Positions 53,354 to 62,904 of a stretch of DNA of 64,000 bases are shown one piece after another. Source of the DNA: Ruditapes philippinarum (Eukaryota). The notes beneath the pieces were generated by a model that had not been told where the DNA came from, searched no databases, and was given only the letters and a program-made list of their open reading frames with translations. The number at the start of each line of letters is the position of its first letter. Within the stretch, counting starts at the first letter, position 1. The position numbers and the translations under genes were made by a program. The stretch is taken from contig NW_026862094.1 in assembly GCF_026571515.1 (NCBI RefSeq), forward strand, positions 62,001 through 126,000. Reading direction: 5' to 3'.

Positions 53354-55107
53354 TGTCGGTTATTTCTCCACTAAGCGGTAGTGAAAGTGCGCCTGAAGCC
53401 CTGGATATATTCCGTATGTACCCGAACCAAGTCGCCGTACAGAATTACTATCAAGAAGACATCAGACCAGTAAGTCAGTTTGGTGGCATTGACGCTCCGC
53501 TGGAGTTCGAAACATCTCTTCAAGGAGATAGCTATTGTGAATTACCGTCTTCCCGACTATTTGTAAGAGCTCAAATTCTCAATGCAGACGGTACTGCATG
53601 CAGCGAGGATGTTAAAATATCTCCATGTGATCTGTTTTTCCATTCAATGTTCAAAAAGGTTGACATATACATGAATAGAACGCTTGTTTCCAGTTCCGGA
53701 GACTTATACCCCTACAAAAGCTTTTTCAACAAGTTATTTCGATGTGGCGTGAACACTGGCAATGGAACACTGTCAGAGAGTGAACTATTTTCTGGAAATG
53801 ATTCGGGTTTTCCGGCAGAAACAAATCCTAACGCAGGTAAGTTGCTGTATGCAACATGTGTCCATTTATTACTGATTATTACTGATTTCTTATGAATGAA
53901 TTAAATTATTTTATTGTTTATCGTTTTTGGTATTGATAAATAAACTTGACAAGTTAATAAAGAAGTAAAATAGAGCTATCAAAAAGGAAACANNNNNNNN
54001 NNNNNNNNNNNNNNNNNNNNNNNNNNNNNNNNNNNNNNNNNNNNNNNNNNNNNNNNNNNNNNNNNNNNNNNNNNNNNNNNNNNNNNNNNNNNNNNNNNNN
54101 NNNNNNNNNNNNNNNNNNNNNNNNNNNNNNNGCTATGCTATTCTATTCTATGCTATGAAATGCTTTGCTATGCTATGCCATGCCATGCCTTGCTATGCTC
54201 AAACTATTATTAATTTTATTTGCCTTCCTTTACTGCAGGTAATTTCTCATTGTTCCAGCGATACAAAGTCGGTCGTGGTTCTAAGCCATTTGACATGGTA
54301 GGGCTTCCACTGAATGACCTAATGGAACTTGATCGTTACCTTATCAATGGCGTTCATTTGAGAATCGTGCTTCATCGGAACAGCGCAGAGTTTTGTCTAA
54401 TAAGCGATGAAGACAATAATAATGGTGGATATCAAGTAAAACTACTCGACTGTTACCTTAGAATACTGAAATGTAAACCGAATCCAGCCATACTGGTCGC
54501 TCATAGTAAGGTACACAAGGGGCTCACTGCCAAGTATCCCTACATAAGAACCGAAACGAAAAGTGCTAATATTGCTAGCGGTCAGAGTGTGTTTTCATGG
54601 GATCATATTAACGCTTCCTACCTGCCAAAGTTGGTTATAGTTTCTTTTGCAGATAGCGCTGCAGTGCTGGGCTCGCTGAAATTGAACCCATTTAACATGG
54701 AACACTTTGATGTTCGCCAAATAAGTCTTTATGTAAATGGTATACCTTGTTCAGGGTGCCCAATCAATGTAAACTACAACCAAGATCTGACAGCGGAAGT
54801 GTTCGACCGGATGTACGGATTTGGCAAAGGGCGGCCATTATACACAGCAATGGGTGGTATCAGCGGCAAAGACCGTGGGAATGTCGGTATAAACAGAGCT
54901 GACCTAAAAAATGGAAGGGCTATATACGTATTCGATCTTGCTCCAATTATAGAAGAGCCATTTCATTTTGAGCTACAACACAGTGGAACGCTATCAATGC
55001 ACGTGAAATTTGGCAGCTCTCTTGCGCAAAATGTTGCTTGTATTTTTTATGCTGAATATGATGCTTTGATGGAAATTGATGAAACGCGTGGCGTGAAAAT
55101 TGTTTAA
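53353..55107 (+). CDS. Polinton major capsid protein (double jelly-roll), 450 aa, 2 exons
   Basis: Exons 53353-53836 and 54239-55107 with a phase-1 GTAAGT...TGCAG intron. Motifs LDIF..P.Q, PLEF, HSMF..VD, YPYK, RYLINGV.LR, LPK.V.V.F, NPFN..HFD, FDL.P, G.L...V.F, YAEY..L.EI. Confidence 0.9.
53993..54200. other. Assembly gap (53993-54131) and GCTAT-type microsatellite inside the capsid intron
   Basis: N run followed by GCTAT/GCCAT pentamers. Confidence 0.95.
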
Positions 55108-55368
55108 AATATGTTTTACGTTTTGATGTGTATTAAACCTGCCTAAAGTTATGTCTTTGTGGTTGAATCATGTATAAATCTTGGTTGTGTACATTGACTG
55201 CATTTTTTAGAGTATTATTTAGTTTTAAATGAAAACATCAATCATTGTTTAAAATATATCATAAGCTTAAATCTGTATTGATCCTGCCTTAATGTCTTTG
55301 TGATTGAATCATGTATAAATCTTGGTTGTGTACATAGACTGTATTATGTACAGTATTATTTAGTTTAG
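55099..55368. repeat. ~145-bp imperfect tandem duplication starting at the capsid stop codon
   Basis: ATTGTTTAAAATAT...TTGAATCATGTATAAATCTTGGTTGTGTACAT...AGTATTATTTAGTTT occurs twice. Confidence 0.8.
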
Positions 55369-55831
55369 CATTCTTTACAAGTATTACTGATTAAAAAAAC
55401 TTTGATTGCAATAACTATTAAATAATTAATGTTGTTTTTCCCCGTATCATTATGTTTGTGCGTGTCTGATTTTCATGTTTTGCTTTCATTGTAATTAAAG
55501 TGTGCACGTAAAACCATTGTTGTCTTGTCACTTGCTAGTAGATTACGAACAGGTGTGAAAATGACCAATTCAGCCTATTTGGTAATGTTTGGTCAGTTCT
55601 GACTTGTTAAATAATCATAACACCAAAATAATCATACAAATAATTTTCAGTCATATTTCGCCAATTAACTACCCCTAGCCTAAAGTAAGCATATATAAAC
55701 ATACACAATACATGTACATGCCAACATTCGCAAGAATAATACGTTACGTCACTTCGCAACCAAGGATTAAGTCACGTGACCACTTGAAAAAAAACTAGTA
55801 GTTTTTTTTCGTTAGCCCCTTATTCTGTACA

Positions 55832-56620
55832 CAAGAAATGCAAAACACAAAAACATATTTTGTTTCATATAATGCAATAATAATAATTATTTATTTATTT
55901 ATTTATTTTTATTTTTTTTTTGCTGCTCCTTTTTGTAATTAGTTAGAAATCGTGAAACAATAAAAAAATAATGTAACAAGAATCATATCAAGGATCTTAG
56001 ATAACAAAGTTTTATTTTATGCCAGTTTTTGATGTTTAATATATTTGCTATAAATTGTTATCTTCAAGCGTTAATTCCCACTGGAACATTTTTACAAATA
56101 ATTTCGAGAAATGCGCACCGACACTGACATCAAAACTTTCCACATATCTATTATTGCGCCAAACTTTCAATACCGGTATTCAAAAAGGAGCTGTCGGCCT
56201 TTTATCAAAGGCACTGGCCTTAGTGTCGTCTGCTTCTGACATCTGGCGCCCCACTTAACAGCATTGCTCTCCTTACTCAAGAAATGCAAAACACAAAAGC
56301 ATTTTTGTTTCATATATTGCAATAATAATAATAATAATAATGACGATTTATGATTGAAGCACTGATTATTATTATTATGAATATTATTGTGGTTTTTCTA
56401 CTGATTCTTCTTGTTAAGTGTCAAAGATACACATTACTGAAAATTGTGAAACAATATAATTATATGACAAGAATCAAATCAATAATTTTAGATGACACAG
56501 TTTTATGTCACAAAAATTATCTATTATTGCGACACACTCTCAGTACTAGTACACAACATGAAACGTCGGCTTTTGATCAAAGGCGCCCGCCTGATTGTCG
56601 TCTGCTTATCTCCAGCAGAG
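55832..56620. repeat. Diverged ~350-450-bp tandem duplication upstream of the membrane-protein gene
   Basis: CAAGAAATGCAAAACACAAAA, TATCTATTATTGCG, ATCAAAGGC and TGTCGTCTGCTT each occur twice in the same order. Confidence 0.75.
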
Positions 56621-56743
56621 TTGGAGACCACCTGTCAGCTGGTACCCAGGCCCTTTTAGTCACGTGACAACACAGTTTATAAGCAAATGCTGAAGGTCTT
56701 TTTAAATCACTTGACCCTTGGAAATTCATCTGTTATAGAACAA

Positions 56744-58220
56744 ATGGAAAAGCTTTATATTTTGATTAGCCTTACGGCGCTATTTGCATTTAGCAGTAGT
56801 TTATGTGTGACAGAAGATGAAGGGAAAGATGGTATTGATTTGAGGTGTAGTTCCAGGTGGAGTGGAGAAGGTTCTAAAATCCGTCGTCTTATAGTACACA
56901 GCTGGGACGGCTCCTGCCACTTTCCGGAAGGGGGCCTTTTGACGCTTTACGGCGCAGATCAGGATTGTTTCACCTGTTCGAAGTCTATCCATGAGCGAAT
57001 GATGGTTAACGGAGAGAAATGTACAGTCGCTGTAAGTCACACATTCTTTTTTTATTTTAAATTTTACGATGAAATGTTAAGTGTTAAATCCTTGAAAATG
57101 ATATTTACTTTTTATCTCCCCCGAAAAGTGCATGAAAGGATCCAGCCCTGCATGTTTCTGTGCAGCGTCTCCGATATTAAAATACAATGTATGAAACCTC
57201 ATTTGTTCGGTAAATTCTTCTTTTTGCATTGCCTTCTGCTCGAACTGTCTGTATATTTTTAGCAGAAAACACGTTTGATAGATCCCTGGTATTATAATTA
57301 TATTTAATTAACAAAAGACATTTATCTGCAGGTTCCTACAGCAAGGTCAGAATCGAAAATTTCCGGAAGCAGCAGAACCACAACTGGGTCAATAGATTTC
57401 ACGACAGAGCTCTACGAGGCAGTCTGGCAGGTAAAAGGTAGCATCCATGGCACCACAACTACAGCAGCTGAAACCTATAGTGCATCCTCAAGTTTGCAAG
57501 GTACTTACATAATATTTGTTTTATTTACGCCTTTAAAACTAATTATATAATTTGCAGTTTGAATAAACTATTATTTTAAATGCGGATGCGTGCATTTTTA
57601 TGTACAGCACAACTTTTTAACTTCCCTTTCCAACTTGAGGTCATATTTATTCGATTTTTTTTTTTGTTGTTGAAAATTTAACTATTTGTTGCCATTTGTG
57701 TTATAAGAATGTAATGCACCTAAATTATAGATTAATTCTGTTGAGATTTGATCATTCTGGTCAGGATTGCACTGTATTTTCAACCTTTTTACAGACAGTG
57801 GTTCGATCCCCAGATGGACATATGGGCTGTTGTCAACTTTAGCGGTAACTGTCCTGGTCTTATTCGTGCTCCTAGTACTGTTGCTATTGCGTTATAGGAG
57901 ACAACGGGCGTATATTTGCTGTAAACCAAGAACAAGTCCAAGTGTAAGCATGGAATCTGTTATGATATATCCGTTGCCGACATTACAACTTTAATATTTG
58001 TAAATTTACAGAACTATGCATATTGGTGACAGTCGCACTGGTTGTAAAATTTCTGAAGGGTTTTAATTGGCAGCCTCATCCTCTCCAACAACAACAACAA
58101 CAACAACAACAACATCGTAGATTTCAAGGAGGTAGAGAGCTTGTGATTAATCAACCCCATAGGGCACTACGACCACAGAGGGCTCGGAGGCAAGTCCAAA
58201 GATTACAAATATCGTGGTAA
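56744..58220 (+). CDS. Spliced type I membrane protein inside the Polinton region, unknown family
   Basis: Exons 56744-57031 (signal peptide, 6 Cys), 57332-57500 (Ser/Thr-rich), 57795-57943 (transmembrane, RYRR, CC), probable 58074-58220 (polyQ, Arg-rich). Phases 0/1/0 fit; last exon ambiguous. Confidence 0.7.
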
Positions 58221-58735
58221 AAATAAGCTCGCGCCAGTGTGTGTGTGTATTTTATTTCTGATGTGACACCATGTGTTTTCTTAGAGTGCTACTTAGTTGT
58301 GGACACCATGTGTTTTCTTAGAGTGCTACTTAGTTGTGTGTCACTTATTGGCACTGGGATTTTCTGTGTATGATTTCTTTCTGTTACATCATGTATAAAT
58401 AGTAATTTCTTATGTCTTTCTATATTAAATGAGTAGAAAAATGTGCCGCAGTATATGTGCATGAATCGTTAGTGTTTCTGGTGTGTATGAGTTAAGTATC
58501 TAAGACGAAACATTTCAAAGAATTGTTATCTGTGTTGACGTGACAACCAACGTTCCAAGTGTTCTATATTTTGTTTCCCGGTGTTCTATATTTTGTCTCA
58601 TATATGTCATAGTAAAGTGTAAATGACAAGTTTTAAAACTCGTTTGATTACCTACACTATAATCTTTGAAATAGTGAAGATGTCAGACTTAAAGATGGCA
58701 GATTTTCTTTCATGAATTCTTGGTTATCTTAATTT

Positions 58736-58922
58736 GAGCCGTGTCACGACAAAACCAACATAGTGGGTTTGCGACCAGCATGGATCCTTTACAAACCCTA
58801 TTACAAGTAGAGAAACTGATAGCGACCAGCATGGATCCTGATCAGACTGCGCGGATGCGCAGGCTGGTCTGGATCCATGCTGGTCGCAAACCCACTATGT
58901 TGGTTTTGTCATGACACGGCTC
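58736..58922. mobile_element. Palindromic MITE (Sola-like), copy 3, internally deleted, nested in the Polinton region
   Basis: ATTT|GAGCCGTGTCACGAC ... GTCATGACACGGCTC|ATTT. Confidence 0.85.
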
Positions 58923-59784
58923 ATTTAATTTTTTTTTGTATAAAGACGGGTTTTTTCGTGGAATGCTTCAGTTATATACTAAGCGAAAGTTCTAACACCC
59001 CCACACATTTGCCTTTCAGCTAGTCATAAATTGGTTGTCTTATTACATAGTATTATAATTAAAATGGGTGTTAGAAGTTTCGACAATACACCGAGTCATG
59101 ACACACGAAAATATACACCGGATGATGCATGTTTTTGTTTAATTGTTATTCTTACTAGATAGTTTTACCAGTGTAGAATATTGTTTAAAATCGAAAATAA
59201 ATCAGTGAAATATTCATTTTCGTTTTACTCTGTTGTCCGTGAACCAGACCTTCATGTTCTATACATGGTCTCCTATTACCGGGAATTAATGTCTTGCCAT
59301 TTAACGGAAGAAAAAATAAGAATACGTTTAGCTTTATATAAAAATAGCATTATCATCATTAATTTTCATGGATCACTTTTAATCTTCGATGGATGCTTAG
59401 TTTTTCTTCTATTATATGGCAAGCTTTAACAATAGGCCTATTGGAGGAACAATAGCATATTTACAGTAACGTTACGAAGAATGATAATCACGTTCGTCTA
59501 TACAAAATGTGTGATCATTATCTTCGAGAAATGATTAATAGGGCAACAGTGGCTGAACGCATTAAATAATGCAGATAACAAGTTAGAACGCAAAACATTT
59601 GATTGCAGTATATAACAGGTTTAATGGCAAAGAACAGTGACGATTTAAAATAAATAATAAAGACATAATCTGGCAAAATTTGACAGGTTAAATATCAAAA
59701 GAAAAAAAAAAGAACAACTACAAAACACTGAAAAGAAAAGACATCAAAAATAAATATAATCCTTCACTGATTTTTTTACACATA

Positions 59785-60516
59785 CTACAACGAGAATTCG
59801 CCGTCCCCCGAATAACACTCTTTCAACAGTCTAAAAACTTCCTTGCTCTGATTTGGCCTGTCAATTTCAAAAGCGCAGTCATATTCTTTTCTTATTTTCG
59901 TTATCCAGAATATGCTACTGTCTGTCACATAATGCAATCTCTTGCAAGTCAGTTTAAAATGGAACAAATCAGTCATTTTAAGGTGATGTGCAATTTTTTG
60001 CAGAATAACGTCTGGCAGTCATAAAAGGAACACATCATCTGAACCTTGGGTTGTGTCCATGTCACTGTCCTCACTTGACCACCAGTCACTGTTTTCTTGT
60101 TCAGGCTCTTCCCAGCGCATGTCCGATGACCTAGACTGGTCCTGGTTGTCTTCGTCTGCGGATTGGCCACTTTCGTCATCACTTATGACGACGGCAACAT
60201 CCGAGCAATCGGAATACCTCAGTCTCATCCTTAGCTGGCTGATTCCAGGCAGACCTGAATCAACATTTTCCTTGTTCTCGTCGGTCAGATCGATCGGCAT
60301 CAGTGCATTTCGTCCAACATTATCCTGATATAATGCCGCCTGCTCGCAGGTGTCCACAATTACCCCGATTGAAGAACATAATCGAATCAGCCCCATTTTA
60401 GAAAGTGTAACCTGAGTGCCTGAACGCACATTTATTATAGTTCCAACAGCCTTTCCGTTCACTATGTCCATTTTCAAGTAATTTTCAATATCGAGAGAAA
60501 CACAATTTGAAGCCAT
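59785..60516 (-). CDS. Accessory protein with acidic linker and C-terminal F-box, interrupted by one in-frame TGA (60021-60019)
   Basis: MASNC... 165-aa ORF continues in frame past the stop: DVFLL*LPDVILQKIAHHLKMTDLFHFKLTCKRLHYVTDSSIFW, matching the F-box consensus LP.EIL..I...L...DL.....CK.......W. Confidence 0.7.
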
Positions 60517-61878
60517 TTTTAAGTTGTTTTTTTTAATCGACCTTACACTAAAGTATATGATGTAGATTTGTGACGGTTTGATAAAAAGCAACAGATATAA
60601 AGGGTCGCTAAAACAATACAAAACAAACACATAATATACATTGTCCAATCAAAACGTAGCTGAGACGCGGCGTCTCGTGGCACGTTGTACTCGTGTCACG
60701 TTCGGTACACTGAATTGACACTGATTGTGCCAATGCTAGACAAAAGAGATAAAAGGATATAAATCACGTGGGAAAATAGTACTGACACGTTACAATTCAA
60801 TGTAGCATTCAGTACTAAATAAGATAAATGGTACCTTTTATTGGTACTAATTGAATGATCTGATTGTGCCGTTTTATGTGTTTTTTTTTGTTGTTGTTTT
60901 TCAAATTACCATTAAAAGACGGGATAAAGCTTTACTACTTACCTTGAATGAGAAAAATTTTGAGCGTTGATGTAATAATTTTAACTTTACTCAAGTGCCA
61001 CGCCTTCTCTGGCACCGCCCCTACCTAACAACGTTTGTATTAAAAAATACAAAACAAAACAAATTAAAAACAACCAAAACAAAACAAAAAAATTAAAATA
61101 AACAAGAGATGTATACGTTTCTGTAATTATTTATGTATCAAAAAGTGTTTACGGATATATATTTATATATAATTATACCTTAAAATGATATTCATAAACA
61201 GACATATCTATGAAAATCACATTCTGGTTAAGACAGACAAAAGCACTTTCAATAACATCAGTGTTGCAATTCAGTGCATACAGTATTCAATAAAAAACGG
61301 ACGTTGTCGAATGACAGATGACAACCGATTAATTAAGGAGGCTGTTTTCAACAGAATTATTGGTTTTCAGGGAAAACGGCAGTACCGGGCCTGTAGAGCC
61401 GTATTATCTTTGGAAAATGTATTAATTACAAGTTACCCCATAAGTCTTGAAAAGTGAGTAGAACTTTTTCATTTTCTTACAGGCACATTAGCTCTCGGAA
61501 TCATGTTTTTTTTGGATATATTAATAAAATGTTTCTACTGAAAGTAATTGCTATTTCAAAATCATTGTTCATTTATGAATATTTAAAGCACTCGTTTTGC
61601 AATGTTTCCAATGCTTCTTGTTTACATTTCTTACATGCATAGATCGATTTCAAGCGCTTTCTATGAATTGAAGCAAAATATGTGCATAAAAAACTCTTGA
61701 CTATTATAGTTTTAGTCTTGTTTTAATATAAACAAGCTCGATAAACATGTACTATTCATTTGTGTGCTATTTTAAATACAAGAATTAATAGGGACACATA
61801 TCATTGTAAACAAAGATAGTAATTTTGCGGATTTTGATAACGTTACATTGTCACCACTTTTCATTGTATTTCTTTGAG

Positions 61879-62438
61879 GATATTTTCATTTCTGAGCGCT
61901 AGTGTGGCTTTAACCATTTCAGTATATTTTATGTGTATTTGAAAATCTGCGGCAATCTATTGATATTTTCATTTCTGAGCGCTAGTGTGGCTTTAACCAT
62001 TTCAGTATATTTTATGTGTATTTGAAAATGTGCGGCAATCTATTGACATTTTCGTTTCTGAGCGCTAGTGGGGCTTTAACCATTTCAGTATATTTTATGT
62101 GTATTTGAAAATGTGCGGCAATCTATTGATATTTTCGTTTCTGAGCGCTAGTGGGGCTTTAACCATTTCAGTATATTGTATGTGTATTTGAAAATGTGCG
62201 GCAATCTATTGATATTTTCGTTTCTGAGCGCTAGTGGGGCTTTAACCATTTCAGTATATTTTATGTGTATTTGAAAATGTGCGGCAATCTATTGATATTT
62301 TCGTTTCTGAGCGCTAGTGGGGCTTTAACCATTTCAGTATATTGTATGTGTATTTGAAAATGTGCGGCAATCTATTGATATTTTCATTTCTGAGCGCTAG
62401 TGGGGCTTTAACCATTTAAGTATATTTTATGTGTATTT
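61879..62438. repeat. 83-bp tandem array, ~6.7 near-identical copies
   Basis: CTGAGCGCTAG at 61892, 61975, 62058, 62141, 62224, 62307 and 62390. Confidence 0.95.
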
Positions 62439-62514
62439 TCTCATGCTAATGTAAACAATGCAGGACGCCCCTCAGGCTACAAAGACGGGATATTGTCTGT
62501 TCTGATGATATAAC

Positions 62515-62800
62515 CATGTATATACATGTATTACCGTCACAAGATTATACATCTTCTCTAGAGTTAATTAAGCCTAGCCGCCCCTATCATGTATATACAT
62601 GAGTTACCGTCACTAGATTATACATGTTTGCTACAGTTAAGCCTAGCAGCCCCGATCATGTACATACATGAGTTACCGTCACTAGATTATACATGTTTGC
62701 TACAGTTAAGCCTAGCAGCCCCGATCATGTACATACATGAGTTACCGTCACTAGATTATACATGTTCGCTACAGTTAAGCCCCCGAACATGTACATACAT
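62515..62800. repeat. 69-bp tandem array, ~4 copies
   Basis: TTACCGTCA at 62531, 62604, 62673 and 62742. Confidence 0.9.
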
Positions 62801-62839
62801 TACAAATTGTGTAACCACAACACAATACAAATAAATAAA

Positions 62840-62850
62840 TATATATAAAG
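62840..62850 (+). promoter_or_regulatory. Candidate TATA box of the zinc-finger/pPolB gene
   Basis: TATATAAAG about 60 nt upstream of the ATG at 62905. Confidence 0.45.
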
Positions 62851-62904
62851 CGGTCACTTCAGGTCTGATACATTAATTTATTATTACACACTGTCACATC
62901 AGGT

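Noticed and set aside
55786-55810. Hairpin GAAAAAAAACTAGTAGTTTTTTTTC containing AGTAGT as a possible Polinton terminus
   Set aside because: Mostly homopolymer arms, internal to the gene cluster, and no matching TIR or TSD found.
56350-56667. 105-aa ORF with a hydrophobic N-terminus
   Set aside because: Hydrophobicity comes from ATT-rich low-complexity sequence inside the duplicated non-coding block.
60019-60021. Selenocysteine interpretation of the in-frame TGA
   Set aside because: No recognisable SECIS downstream, and the position is not a Cys or redox site in F-box domains.
61879-62800. CRISPR-like appearance of regular repeats (also 26120-26420)
   Set aside because: Units are contiguous with no unique spacers, there are no cas genes, and the context is eukaryotic.
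62589-62834. 81-aa repetitive ORF; likewise ORFs at 33179, 43784, 43903, 45012, 16384 and 47811
   Set aside because: By-products of tandem repeats or MITEs with no coding signature.
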